Shown here: one piece after another, positions 41,743 to 51,750 of the stretch
How the letters are laid out: the number at the start of each line of letters is the position of its first letter
Numbering within the stretch: the first letter of the stretch is position 1
Source: an uncultured Acidimicrobiia bacterium
GTDB taxonomy: Bacteria > Actinomycetota > Acidimicrobiia > Acidimicrobiales > AC-14
DNA: 64,000 nucleotides
Reading direction: 5' to 3'
Assembly: GCA_963836205.1 (NCBI GenBank)
Contig: CAWIIV010000008.1
Location: 128,001-192,000, forward strand
Notes under the pieces: model-generated
Told to the model about the DNA's origin: nothing
Databases searched by the model: none
Seen by the model: only the letters and a program-made list of their open reading frames with translations
Position numbers and translations under genes: made by a program

Positions 41743-42800
41743 CCGCGAACGGCCTGGTGGCCGCGGTCGAGGTCCGCCTCGGGCCTCTGCACCTCGCGGT
41801 CGAGCTCGACGTGGGCCCCGGCCGGACGGTGGCCGTGGTCGGGCCCAACGGCGCCGGGAAGTCGACCCTCCTACGGGCGTTGGCCGGCATCCAGTCCCTC
41901 GCCGGGGGCCGGGTGGTCCTCGACGGGCGGGTGCTCGACGACGTGGCCTCCGGCGAGCACGTCCCGGCCGAGGATCGGTCGGTGGCGGTCGTGTTCCAGG
42001 ACCACCTCCTGTTCGCCCACCTGAGCGCCCTCGACAACATCGCCTTCGGCCTGCGCAGCCGGGGCGCGGCCAAGGCGGCCGCCAACCGCTCCGCTGCCGG
42101 CTGGCTCGAGCGCCTGGGCCTGGCCGACCACGCCGGCGCCCGTCCGGCGCAGCTGTCGGGAGGCCAGGCCCAGCGGGTGGCCCTGGCCCGGGCGCTGGCC
42201 ACCGAGCCCCGCCTCCTCCTCCTCGACGAACCTCTCGCCGCCCTGGACGCCTCCACCCGCCCCGAGACCCGGCGGGAGCTGCGGCGGGTCCTGGAGTCCT
42301 ACGACGGGGCCCGAGTGCTCGTCACCCACGATCCCCTGGAGGCGGGGGCGCTGGCGGAGCGGCTGGTGGTGGTCGAGGAGGGGCGGGTCGTGCAGACGGG
42401 CACGCCGGCCGAGATAAGCGCCCGCCCCCGCAGCCGCTACGTGGCCGACCTGGTGGGCGTGAACCTGCTGCGGGGCACGGGCGCCGACGACCACGTCGAC
42501 CTGCCCGGCGGCGCCGTCCTGGTCGCCCCCGGCGCGGGACGGGGCGACGTGCTGGCCGTCGTCCACCCCAGGGCGGTGGCGCTCCACCGGCGACCGCCCG
42601 ACGGCACCCCCCGCAACGTGTGGCCGGGCGTGGCCCGCAGCCTCGACCGCGAGGGCGACCGGGTGCGGGTGGTCGTCAACGGACCGGTGCCCATCGTGGC
42701 CGAGGTCACCCCCGCCGCGGTCGACGAGCTACGCCTGGCCGAGGGGGGCGACGTGTGGGTGTCGGTGAAGGCGACCGAAGTGGTGGTCTACCCCGCCTAG
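41739..42800 (+). CDS. modC: Molybdate ABC transporter ATPase with TOBE domain
   Basis: GPNGAGKS, LSGGQ, LLLDEP; C-terminal VKATEV. Confidence 0.93.
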   Translation: MTANGLVAAVEVRLGPLHLAVELDVGPGRTVAVVGPNGAGKSTLLRALAGIQSLAGGRVVLDGRVLDDVASGEHVPAEDRSVAVVFQDHLLFAHLSALDNIAFGLRSRGAAKAAANRSAAGWLERLGLADHAGARPAQLSGGQAQRVALARALATEPRLLLLDEPLAALDASTRPETRRELRRVLESYDGARVLVTHDPLEAGALAERLVVVEEGRVVQTGTPAEISARPRSRYVADLVGVNLLRGTGADDHVDLPGGAVLVAPGAGRGDVLAVVHPRAVALHRRPPDGTPRNVWPGVARSLDREGDRVRVVVNGPVPIVAEVTPAAVDELRLAEGGDVWVSVKATEVVVYPA

Positions 42801-44209
42801 GTCGGGGCCGACAGGGGGGCGAAGCGGGCGGTGAAGTGGCGCAGGTACGGCGGCTCCCACGTGATGCGGTAGCCGGGCACCTGGTCGCGGCGGGCACGGA
42901 CGGCGGCGATCACCTCGGCCACGTAGTCGACGTGGCTCTGGGTGTAGACCCGCCGGGGCAGGGCCAGCCGCACCAGCTCGTGCTGGGCCGCGTCCCCGAA
43001 CATCACCGAGCCCACCTCGACCGCCCGCACCCCGCCCACCCGGTACAGCTCGACCACGACCGCGTGGGCCGGGAACTGCTCCCGCGGGACGTGGGGCACG
43101 ATCGACGCCGCGTCGAGGTAGACGGCGTGGCCGCCGGGCGGGCGCACCGTGTCCACGCCGGCCGCCCAGCAGCGCTGAGCCAGGTACTCGGCCGTCCGCA
43201 CCCGGTAGCGGAGGTACTCGGGGTGGAGGACCTCCTCCAGGCCGGTGGCGATGGCCTCCAGGTCACGGCCGGCCAGTCCCCCGTAGGTGGGGAAGCCCTC
43301 GGTGAGGATGAGCAGGGCCCGGCAGCGGGCGGCCAGGTCGTCGTCGCGCAGGGCGAGGAAGCCGCCGATGTTGGCCAGCCCGTCCTTCTTGGCGCTCATG
43401 GTGACGCCGTCGGCGTAGGAGAACAGCTCGTGGGCGACCTCGGTGGGGGTGCGGTCGGCGTAGCCGGGCTCCCGCTGGATGACGAACCAGCAGTTCTCGG
43501 CGAAGCGGGCGGCGTCGATGAACAGGGGCACCTCGAAGCGGTCGCACAGCGCCCGCACCGCGCGCACGTTGGCCATCGAGACGGGCTGGCCGCCGATGGT
43601 GTTGTTGGTGACGGTGAGGAACACCATCGGGACGTCGAGCGCCCGCTCGGAGAGGAGCGCCTCCAGCCGGTCGAGGTCCATGTTGCCCTTGAACGGCGCC
43701 TCCGCCTGGGTGTCGCCCGCCTCCGGGCATGGCAGGTCGAGGGCGATTCCACGGTCGTACTCGATGTTGGCCCGGGTGGTGTCGAAGTGGGTGTTGTTCG
43801 GGACGACGTCGCCCTTCTTCACCGTCTCCGCGAACAGGATGCGCTCGGCCGCCCGGCCCTGGTGGACAGGGATGACGTGGGCCAGCCCGGTGAGGCCGGT
43901 GACGGCGGCGGTGAAGCGCTCCCACGACTCGGCGCCGGCATAGGACTCGTCGCCCCGCATGATCCCGGCCCACTGCTCGGCCGACATGGCGCCGGTGCCG
44001 GAGTCGGTGAGGAGGTCGATCATCACCTCGCTGGCCGCCAGCCCGAACACGTTGTAGCCGGTGCGGACGAGGGCCAGCTCGCGGTCGGCGCGGGTCGTGA
44101 AGTGCAACGGCTCGACCGCCTTGATGCGGAACGGCTCGAAGATCGTGCTCCACCCGGCCCCACCGGGACCGTCGCCGGGACGGGCGTCGTCGGTCACCGG
44201 CTGCCCCAA
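42797..44209 (-). CDS. tnaA: Tryptophanase (beta-eliminating lyase)
   Basis: EPFRIKAVE, DLLTDSGT, HQGRAAE, PLP lysine in SAKKDG, RLALPRRVYT. Tyrosine phenol-lyase not excluded. Confidence 0.85.
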   Translation of the reverse strand: MGQPVTDDARPGDGPGGAGWSTIFEPFRIKAVEPLHFTTRADRELALVRTGYNVFGLAASEVMIDLLTDSGTGAMSAEQWAGIMRGDESYAGAESWERFTAAVTGLTGLAHVIPVHQGRAAERILFAETVKKGDVVPNNTHFDTTRANIEYDRGIALDLPCPEAGDTQAEAPFKGNMDLDRLEALLSERALDVPMVFLTVTNNTIGGQPVSMANVRAVRALCDRFEVPLFIDAARFAENCWFVIQREPGYADRTPTEVAHELFSYADGVTMSAKKDGLANIGGFLALRDDDLAARCRALLILTEGFPTYGGLAGRDLEAIATGLEEVLHPEYLRYRVRTAEYLAQRCWAAGVDTVRPPGGHAVYLDAASIVPHVPREQFPAHAVVVELYRVGGVRAVEVGSVMFGDAAQHELVRLALPRRVYTQSHVDYVAEVIAAVRARRDQVPGYRITWEPPYLRHFTARFAPLSAPT

Positions 44210-44440
44210 CCGGTGACGCTTTCGGTCCTGTGGCGACCAAAACCGTCACCGGTTCGAGGGCGGTGCCAACTGGTGACGCTTTCAGGCCGGTGGCGACCGA
44301 AACCGTCACCGGTTCGAGGGCGGTGCCAACTGGTGACGCTTTCGGTCCTGTGGCGACCAAAACCGTCACCGGTTCGAGGGCGGTGCCAACTGGTGACGCT
44401 TTCGGTCCTGTGGCGACCGAAACCGTCACCGGTTCGAGGG
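44208..44440. repeat. Four tandem 60-bp palindromic (REP-like) units
   Basis: AACYGGTGACGCTTTCGGTC-N7-GACCRAAACCGTCACCGGTTCGAGGG at 44208, 44268 (variant), 44328 and 44388. Confidence 0.92.
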
Positions 44441-44465
44441 GGGTCGGTCCCGGCCCCCGGTGCCG

Positions 44466-46841
44466 TCATCGGTACCCTGCCGGGGGCTCGACCCGGAGGA
44501 TCGAGCCCGGCTCGCGGCCGGCGGGCTGGGCCGGGCGGGGCCGGGGGGCGATGGCCGGCACCTTGCGTTCGACCGGTTGGCCGATGGTCACGACCAGCTC
44601 CTCCCCGTGATGGGCGACCTCGAGCGGGTCTCCCTCCAGGAGAACGTAGGTCGCCACCGTCGGGGTGATCTCCACCCGCAGGCGCCGGCCCCGCACCGCC
44701 AGCCGGAAGGCGATGCGGCTGAGCTGCTCGGGCAGGCGGGGGGCGAAGCACAGCCGGCCCCCGTGGTCGCGCAGGCCGCCGAAGCCGCACACCACCGCCG
44801 ACCAGGTGCCGGCCAGGGCGGCCAGGTGGAGCCCGTCGCGGGTGTTGTTCCCCAGGTCCCGGAGGTCGATGAGGGCCGTCTCCCGCAGGTACTCGAAGGC
44901 CAGGCCGAGATGGCCCACCTCGGCCGCCATCACCGCCTGGGTGCACGCCGACAACGACGAGTCCCGCACCGTCAGCCGCTCGTAGTAGTCGAAGTTCCGG
45001 GCCTTCTCCGCGGGCGTGAAGGCGTCGCCCCGCAGGTGGAGGGCGAGGACGAGGTCGGCCTGCTTCACCACCTGCTTCCGGTAGAGGTCGAAGTACGGGT
45101 AGTGGAGGAAGAGCGGGTAGCGGTCGGACGGGGTCGCCTCGAAGTCCCACGCCTGGTGGTCGGTGAAGCCGTCGGCCTGGGGATGCACGCCCAGGACGGC
45201 GTCGTAGGGGACGACCATGGCCGTGGCCGCGTCCCGCCACGACACCAGCTCCTGGTCGTCGACGCCGTGGGCCGTGGCTTCGGCCGGGTGGCGGGCGGCA
45301 ACGGTGGCGGCGGCCTCCAGATTCCGCTGGGCCATGAGGTTGGTGTAGACGTTGTTGTCGGCGACGGCGCTGTACTCGTCGGGACCGGTGACCCCGTCGA
45401 TCCGGAACCGGCCCCGGTGGTCGTGGTGGCCGAGCGACCGCCACAGCCGAGCCGTGGCCACCAGCAGGTCGAGGCCGACGGTGCGCTCGAACTCCCAGTC
45501 GCCGGTGGCATCGACGTAGCGGATGGCGGCGGCGGCGATGTCGGCGTTGACGTGGAAGGCGGCGGTGCCCGCCGGCCAGTAGGCCGAGCACTCCTCGCCC
45601 GCGATCGTGCGCCAGGGGAACGCCGCGCCCTTCAGGCCCAGCTGGGCGGCCCGCTCGACGGCCAGGGGCAGCGTGTCCCGCCGCCATCCGAGGGCGTCGG
45701 CCACCGCCCGGGGGACCGTGTAGGTGAGGACGGGAAGGACGAAGACCTCGGTGTCCCAGAACGAGTGGCCGTCGTAGCCGGGCCCGGTGAGGCCCTTGGC
45801 CGGGATGGCCCGCCGCTCGGCCCGCGCCCCCGCCTGCAGGACCTGGAACAGGGCGAAGCGCACCGCCTGCTGCACACCGGGGTCGCCGTCGACCTCCACG
45901 TCGGCCCGGCCCCAGAAGTCGTCGAGGAACGCCCGCTGTTCGGCGACCAGGCCGTCCCACCCCGCCTGGCGGGCGGCGAGGAGGGCGGCAGCCACCTGGT
46001 CCCGCAGGGCCGGCACCGAACGCAGCCCCGACCAGCCGTAGACCACGAACTTCACGATCCGCAGCCGCTGCCCCGGCTGCAAGGTCGTCGTCACCGACAC
46101 CCGGCCGATGTCGGGGAAGCTCTCGGACTCGACGTCGAGGCCGTCGGCCGGGCCCTCGACGAGGTGGTCCATCCCGGCCGCCACCCGGATGCGGCTGGCC
46201 CTGGTGGTGTGGAGAAGGATGACGCGGCGCCCGTCGGCGGAGTGCTCGTCGGTGACGAGGGGGGCGTCGATGGCGGCCGCCACCCGGGGGTCGCCGGAGC
46301 GGGTGGGCACCGACTCGTTGGCCACCAGCTCCGACTGCACCACGACCCGCGCCGGCTCGCCGACCGCCTCGACGGTGTAGCTGATGGCGGCCACCGACCG
46401 CTGGGTGAGCGAGACCAGCCGCTCCGACGACACCCGCACCACCTGGCCCGCGGGTGAAACCCACTCGACGTCCCGGGTGAGGGTGCCGGCCCGCAGGTCG
46501 AGCGCCCGCTGATGCGACCGGACGACGCCGTAGCGGACGTCGAAGGGTTCGTCGTCGACCAGCAGCCGCAGGAGCTTGCCGTTGGTGACGTTGATCACCG
46601 TCTGCCCCGCCTCGGGATAGCCGTAGCCGGCCTCGGCATGGGGCAGGGGCCGCCGCTCGTAGACCCCGTTGAGGTAGGTACCGGGCGTCCCGAAGGGCTC
46701 ACCCTCGTCGAGGTTGCCCCGCAGCCCGATGTGGCCGTTGGACAGGGCGAACACCGACTCGCTCTGGCTGAGGAGGTCGAGGCGCAGCTCGATCTCCCGT
46801 ACGCACCACGGCTCGACGACGTACGCCGGCTCGGTGATCAC
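44466..46841 (-). CDS. GH65 glycoside phosphorylase (trehalose/maltose/kojibiose type)
   Basis: ESVFALSNG, AKGLTGPGYDGHSFWDTE, VTGPDEY, KQADLVL, DSSLS. Confidence 0.93.
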   Translation of the reverse strand: MITEPAYVVEPWCVREIELRLDLLSQSESVFALSNGHIGLRGNLDEGEPFGTPGTYLNGVYERRPLPHAEAGYGYPEAGQTVINVTNGKLLRLLVDDEPFDVRYGVVRSHQRALDLRAGTLTRDVEWVSPAGQVVRVSSERLVSLTQRSVAAISYTVEAVGEPARVVVQSELVANESVPTRSGDPRVAAAIDAPLVTDEHSADGRRVILLHTTRASRIRVAAGMDHLVEGPADGLDVESESFPDIGRVSVTTTLQPGQRLRIVKFVVYGWSGLRSVPALRDQVAAALLAARQAGWDGLVAEQRAFLDDFWGRADVEVDGDPGVQQAVRFALFQVLQAGARAERRAIPAKGLTGPGYDGHSFWDTEVFVLPVLTYTVPRAVADALGWRRDTLPLAVERAAQLGLKGAAFPWRTIAGEECSAYWPAGTAAFHVNADIAAAAIRYVDATGDWEFERTVGLDLLVATARLWRSLGHHDHRGRFRIDGVTGPDEYSAVADNNVYTNLMAQRNLEAAATVAARHPAEATAHGVDDQELVSWRDAATAMVVPYDAVLGVHPQADGFTDHQAWDFEATPSDRYPLFLHYPYFDLYRKQVVKQADLVLALHLRGDAFTPAEKARNFDYYERLTVRDSSLSACTQAVMAAEVGHLGLAFEYLRETALIDLRDLGNNTRDGLHLAALAGTWSAVVCGFGGLRDHGGRLCFAPRLPEQLSRIAFRLAVRGRRLRVEITPTVATYVLLEGDPLEVAHHGEELVVTIGQPVERKVPAIAPRPRPAQPAGREPGSILRVEPPAGYR

Positions 46842-47572
46842 CGCCCGATCTCCCTGGGGCCGAGCAGCTCGCTCAGGTCCTGGACCACGACGTCGGCCCC
46901 GTGGGCGAGGAGGGCGTCGGCCCGCCCGACCCGGTCGACGCCGACGACCCACCGGAACCGGCCGGCCCGGCCCGCCTCCACCCCGGCCAGGGCGTCCTCG
47001 AATACGGCTGCCTGACCGAGACCGGCGCCGGCCATCTCCGCTCCGGCCACGAACGTGTCGGGCGCGGGCTTGCCCCGCAGATGACGTTGCTCGGCCACGA
47101 TCCCGTCGATGTACCCGTCGACCAGATCGATGAGTCCGGCCGCGACCAGCACGTCGCGGCAGTTGGTGCTGGAGGACACCACCACCCGGGCCAGCCCCGC
47201 CTCCTGCGCCCGCCGGAGGTACTCCACCGATCCCGGGTAGGCCTGCACTCCTCCCTCCCGGATCAGGCGGAGGACGATCTCGTTCTTCCGGCGGCCCAGC
47301 TCCCGCACGTCGTCGTCGGACAGGGTGATCCCCCGGGAGGCGAGGAAGTCGCGGGTGCCGTCGTCTCGGGGCTTGCCGTCGACGTAGGTGACGTAGTCGG
47401 GATCGACCTCGAACGGCCGGAAGGGTTCGCCGGTGCGGGCCGCCCGCTCGCGGAGGTAGCCGTCGAACATCGCCTTCCACGCCGCGGCGTGGACCTTGGC
47501 CGTGCTCGTGAGCACGCCGTCGAGGTCGAACAGGCAGGCCCGGACGTCGTCCGGCAGGCCGAGGCCGAGCAC
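46838..47572 (-). CDS. Beta-phosphoglucomutase-family HAD hydrolase
   Basis: FDLDGVLT, VVSSS, GKPAPD, FEDALAG. Confidence 0.9.
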   Translation of the reverse strand: MLGLGLPDDVRACLFDLDGVLTSTAKVHAAAWKAMFDGYLRERAARTGEPFRPFEVDPDYVTYVDGKPRDDGTRDFLASRGITLSDDDVRELGRRKNEIVLRLIREGGVQAYPGSVEYLRRAQEAGLARVVVSSSTNCRDVLVAAGLIDLVDGYIDGIVAEQRHLRGKPAPDTFVAGAEMAGAGLGQAAVFEDALAGVEAGRAGRFRWVVGVDRVGRADALLAHGADVVVQDLSELLGPREIGR

Positions 47573-47613
47573 CGCCGCCAGCCTACGACGCCCGGACCCT
47601 GGCCCTGGCCCTG

Positions 47614-47674
47614 GGCCTCGAACCGGTGACGCTTTCGGTCGTCAGGCGACCGAATCTGTCACCGGTTCGAGGCC
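47614..47674. repeat. Solitary copy of the same palindromic element
   Basis: GGCCTCGAACCGGTGAC-GCTTTCGGTC-GTCAGGC-GACCGAATCT-GTCACCGGTTCGAGGCC. Confidence 0.88.
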
Positions 47675-47679
47675 GCCGC

Positions 47680-47850
47680 TCAGATCAGGAGGACCGCGAT
47701 GATGGCGACGATGGCGAGCAGGGCCAGCACCCGCACCGGCCAGCCGTACCGGCTCGGGCCCCCGTCGTCGAGCCCGTCGTCGTCGTACCACTCCGACCAC
47801 AGGTCGGGGTCGTTGGGATCGGGGGCGACGGGCCCGACCGGGGTCGGCAC
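47680..47850 (-). CDS. Small tail-anchored membrane protein
   Basis: Acidic N-terminus and one C-terminal TM helix. Confidence 0.45.
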   Translation of the reverse strand: MPTPVGPVAPDPNDPDLWSEWYDDDGLDDGGPSRYGWPVRVLALLAIVAIIAVLLI

Positions 47851-47852
47851 GG

Positions 47853-50177
47853 CTACCGGCCGGTGGTGGTGGGCACCCGCCGGTCGGGGCTGTCGGCTGC
47901 CTCCCGGCCTTCGACGGCCACGTCGGGCAGCAGCTTGTCGAGCCAGCGGGGCAGCCACCAGTTCTTGTCTCCTAGCAGCTCCATGGTGGCGGGCACGAGG
48001 AGGAGGCGGACGATGGTGGCGTCGAGCAGCACCGCTCCCGCCAGGCCGATGCCGAAGAGCTTGATGACCCGGTCGTTCTCCAGCAGGAAGCTGCCGAAGA
48101 CGAAGACCATGATCAGGGCGGCGGCGGTGATCACCCGGGCGGTGGCGGCCAGGCCGTCGGCCACCGACTCCCGGCTGTCACCCGAGTGCTTCCACGCCTC
48201 CCGGATCCGGGACAGGAGGAACACCTCGTAGTCCATCGACAGGCCGAAGACGATGGCGAAGAGCATCATCGGCACGAACGGCTCGATGGGCGCCTTGTCG
48301 AGATTGAGGATCGACGCCCCCCAGCCCCACTGGAAGATGGCCACCACCACGCCGAAGGCGGCGCCCAGCGACAGCAGGTTCATGATCACCGCCTTGAGCG
48401 GCACCAGCACCGATCGGAAGACGGTCATCAGCAGGAGGAACGACAGCCCCAGCACGGCGGCGAAGAACAGGGGCATGCGGGCGGTCATGTAGTCGGAGAA
48501 GTCGACCAGGATGGCGACCGTGCCGGTGACGGAGACGTCGAGCCCGGTCCCCTCGACGGCCGGTGGCAGGACGCCGTCGCGCAGGGTCGAGACCAGCTCG
48601 GTGGTGGCCTCGTCCTGAGGTGAGGTCGACGGCACCACCCGCCACAGGGCGGCGGTGGGGTTGTCGGGGTCGTTGAGGACGGCCGGGCTGGCGAAGGCGA
48701 CACCGGGTGCCCCCGTCAAGGCGTCGGTGACTCGCTGCAGGGTCGCGTCCGAGGTGCCGGGCGGCACCTCGGAGACCACCATCATGGTGCCGTTGAAGCC
48801 GGGGCCGAAGCCCTCCGCCAGCAGGTCGTAGGCCTTGCGGGTGGTGGTCTCCTCGGCGTAGTTGCCCTCGTCGGAGAAGCCCAGCCGGAGCCCGAACACG
48901 GGCAGGGCGAGAAGGATGAGCACGGCCACCGCGATCAGCGCCGAGGGCCACGGGTGGTGCTGGATCAGCCGGCTCCAGCGGTAGGCGAGGGTCTCGTTCC
49001 GGGGCTTGGGAGCGGGCCGGGGCACCGGCTGGCGCAGCGGCCGGACGGCGAGGCTGGCCAGCATGACGATCGCGGCCAGCGGCAGGCAGACGGCGAACAG
49101 GGCGGGGATCTTGAGGCCCAGGCCCAGCAGGCCCACCGCCAGCAGGCTGGCCCCGATGAGGCCTCGCCAACGGGTGAGCTCGACCCGTCCCCCGGCGAAG
49201 CCGAGCAGGGCGGGCAGGAGGGTCAGAGCCGCCACCATGGTCATGAAGACGACGAGGGCGGCGCCGATGGCCAGGCCCGACACGAAGCTGATCTGCATCA
49301 CCAGCATGCCGAGCAGCGAGATGACCACGGTGGTGCCGGCGAAGGCGACCGACCGTCCGGCGGTGTCGATCGACTGGCGCACCGCGGGCCCGATGTCGTC
49401 GCCCGCATGGAGCTGCTCCCGGAACCGGGTGACGATGAACAGGGCGTAGTCGATGCCCACGCCGAGGCCGATCATCAGGCCCAGCTGGGTGGCGAAGTCG
49501 GGGATGGTGATGAAGTTGGAGAACAGGCCCACGGTGATGGTGCCGAAGCTGATCCCCGCCAGGGCGACGGCGATGGGCAGGCCCATGGCCAGGACCGACC
49601 CGAAGGCGAGCACGAGGATGACCATGGCGAAGGCCACGCCCAGCAGCTCGGACGAGGGAGGCTCGAACTCGCCGAAGATGGCCCCGCCGAGCTCGATCTG
49701 GAGGCCCGCCTGCTCGGGCATCACCTCGTTGATGTCCTTGGTGATGGCCTGGGCGGTCTCGAAGGTGACCTCGGGGTCGAGCTCGACCACGGCGTAGCCG
49801 ATGTCGCCCGGGTGCTCGGCGGTGTCGGAGATCTGGTTCGACCCGTCCTCCGAGTAGGGGCTCACCACCCGGGCCACGCCGTCGACCTCGGCCACCTGGG
49901 CGAGGAACGACTCCATGGTGGTCCGCACCTGGGGGTCTTCCACGCCCGCGTCGGACCGGAAGACGACGGTGCCGCTCTCACCCGTGCCCTGGCCGCCGAA
50001 GTGCTCCTCGAGGACCTCGAAGCCCTGGCGGCTCTCGACGTCGGGCAGGTTGAAGTCGGCCCGGTAGGCGGTGCCGAGGGAGCTGAGGATGCCGCCGGCC
50101 ACGAAGAGGCCGAGCACCCATCCGATTACGACGATGCGGCGGTGATCGTGGCACCAACCACCAAGGCGTCCGAACAC
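47853..50177 (-). CDS. MMPL/RND-family transporter
   Basis: GLGVGIDYALFIVTRFRE and FGLSMDYEVFLLSRIRE; two TM repeats. Confidence 0.95.
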   Translation of the reverse strand: MFGRLGGWCHDHRRIVVIGWVLGLFVAGGILSSLGTAYRADFNLPDVESRQGFEVLEEHFGGQGTGESGTVVFRSDAGVEDPQVRTTMESFLAQVAEVDGVARVVSPYSEDGSNQISDTAEHPGDIGYAVVELDPEVTFETAQAITKDINEVMPEQAGLQIELGGAIFGEFEPPSSELLGVAFAMVILVLAFGSVLAMGLPIAVALAGISFGTITVGLFSNFITIPDFATQLGLMIGLGVGIDYALFIVTRFREQLHAGDDIGPAVRQSIDTAGRSVAFAGTTVVISLLGMLVMQISFVSGLAIGAALVVFMTMVAALTLLPALLGFAGGRVELTRWRGLIGASLLAVGLLGLGLKIPALFAVCLPLAAIVMLASLAVRPLRQPVPRPAPKPRNETLAYRWSRLIQHHPWPSALIAVAVLILLALPVFGLRLGFSDEGNYAEETTTRKAYDLLAEGFGPGFNGTMMVVSEVPPGTSDATLQRVTDALTGAPGVAFASPAVLNDPDNPTAALWRVVPSTSPQDEATTELVSTLRDGVLPPAVEGTGLDVSVTGTVAILVDFSDYMTARMPLFFAAVLGLSFLLLMTVFRSVLVPLKAVIMNLLSLGAAFGVVVAIFQWGWGASILNLDKAPIEPFVPMMLFAIVFGLSMDYEVFLLSRIREAWKHSGDSRESVADGLAATARVITAAALIMVFVFGSFLLENDRVIKLFGIGLAGAVLLDATIVRLLLVPATMELLGDKNWWLPRWLDKLLPDVAVEGREAADSPDRRVPTTTGR

Positions 50178-50289
50178 GTGGCTTCCTCCTCGAGACGGGG
50201 GGCGTCGGCGCCCATGCTACGGAACGCAGGCGCGTTATGTGAACAGGATTAGGGAACGGCGGACCGGACGGGCCTGTCCAGGGAAAATG

Positions 50290-50363
50290 TGGGCGCTGAG
50301 GGACTCGAACCCCCGACCCCCGGCTTGTAAGGCCGGTGCTCTGACCAACTGAGCTAAGCGCCC
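50290..50363 (-). tRNA. tRNA-Val(TAC)
   Basis: GGGCGCTTAGCTCAGTTGG...CCGGC-CTTACAA-GCCGG...GGTTCGAGTCC...GCGCCCA. Confidence 0.95.
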
Positions 50364-50394
50364 GCAGCGGGTGCCAGCCTACGGGCGGGGCGGC

Positions 50395-50910
50395 CTACTC
50401 GCTCCCGGTGGCCGGGCGGTTGGCCCGGGCCAGCTCCACGAGGGCAGTGGTGGCCTCCGGCAGCAGGATCGGCAGCGCGTTGGGAGCGAACCACCGCACC
50501 TCCACGATCTCCGGCGACGCCGGGGTCGGCGGTGGCGGATCGGATTCGTCGCCGGGCAGCCGGCCCCGGTAGACGACGTCGACCCGCCGGTGGCCGGAGT
50601 CGACCACCACCATGGGGGCGTCGTCGACCTCCACCTCCACGCCGAGCTCCTCCCGCACCTCCCGACGGACGGCGTCGGCCGGCTGCTCCCCCCGCTTCAA
50701 GAGGCCGCCGGGGAACCCCCAGGCTTCCTTGCGGCGGTAGGACTGGCGCAGCAGGAGCAGGGCGCCGTCGGCCCGCTCGATCACGCAGAGGGCGCCGACG
50801 TGGAACGACGGGGTCAGGGTGCGCACGACCAGGAGTCGACCCGCGAGAGGGAGCCGGCGGTAGACGCCCAGGAGCGCCGTCTGGACCCGCTGCCGGGCTG
50901 CGGGCAGCAC
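50395..50910 (-). CDS. NUDIX hydrolase
   Basis: Nudix box PGGLLKRGEQPADAVRREVREELG. Confidence 0.9.
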   Translation of the reverse strand: MLPAARQRVQTALLGVYRRLPLAGRLLVVRTLTPSFHVGALCVIERADGALLLLRQSYRRKEAWGFPGGLLKRGEQPADAVRREVREELGVEVEVDDAPMVVVDSGHRRVDVVYRGRLPGDESDPPPPTPASPEIVEVRWFAPNALPILLPEATTALVELARANRPATGSE

Positions 50911-50915
50911 GAGGC

Positions 50916-51662
50916 TCAGCGGAGCCCGGCGCGGGCCTCGAGCGCCTCCGCCAGCAGCTTCTCGGTGGCGGCCGCCACGGGCGTGCGCCGTTCTGTCAGG
51001 CCCAGTGTGACCAGCTCCCGGCCCTCGGCGTCGGCCACCAGCCCCCCCGCCTCCCGGCACACGAGGACACCCCCCAGGTAGTCCCAGGGGGCGCAGGAGT
51101 GGTCGCTGCAGTCGATGTAGGCGTCGAGCAGGCCGGCGCCGACTGCGCAGATGTCGAGGGCGGCCGCCCCGAGGGCCCGGAACTGGCGCCAGCCGAGGTA
51201 CGCCGCGGGCCAGCCGTTGAGCCCGACGACGGCGTCGCCCATGGTGGTGCAGCCGGTGCTGTGGAGCGGACGGCCGTTGCACGTGGCTCCCGAGCCCCGC
51301 AGCGCCTCGAACCGGTCGCCGGTGGCCTGGTTGACGACCACCGCCGCCCGCACACCGGCGGTGTCGACCGCGGCCAGGCTGGTGGCGTACCAGGGCAGCC
51401 TGCGGGACGCGTTGGTCGATCCGTCGACCGGGTCGAGGGCCACCATGACCGGCCGGTCGGGGTGATGCAGGCCGGTCTCCTCGGAGAGCACGCCCAGGCC
51501 CGCCCCCACCAGGATCGCCACCGCCACCTCGTCCGCCGCCAGGTCGCTGAAGTACTGGCCGGGGCGCGTGCCGGCCGGGCCCCAGTCGTCGAGGGCCTCG
51601 AGGGCGGCGTGGACCGCGGTCGCCGCCTCGTTGAGGACGGCGATGAGGCGGTCGTCGGTCAT
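50916..51662 (-). CDS. Inositol monophosphatase / FBPase-like family protein
   Basis: LSEE, LDPVDGSTN, RALGAAAL, PWDYLGG. Confidence 0.9.
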   Translation of the reverse strand: MTDDRLIAVLNEAATAVHAALEALDDWGPAGTRPGQYFSDLAADEVAVAILVGAGLGVLSEETGLHHPDRPVMVALDPVDGSTNASRRLPWYATSLAAVDTAGVRAAVVVNQATGDRFEALRGSGATCNGRPLHSTGCTTMGDAVVGLNGWPAAYLGWRQFRALGAAALDICAVGAGLLDAYIDCSDHSCAPWDYLGGVLVCREAGGLVADAEGRELVTLGLTERRTPVAAATEKLLAEALEARAGLR

Positions 51663-51750
51663 CGTCCGAACCTACCCGCCGAGTCCGGCGCCACCGCCTA
51701 CGCTCGTCAAGAGTTACTGCAACATCTATTGGCCCGGAGGAGGTGGACGG

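Noticed and set aside
44208-44440. Possible CRISPR array
   Set aside because: The 60-bp units are near-identical throughout, with no unique spacers and no cas genes in the window.
50916-51662. IMPase-family gene as the Calvin-cycle FBPase/SBPase
   Set aside because: It lies about 19 kb from prk in a housekeeping context, and its substrate cannot be read from the motifs.
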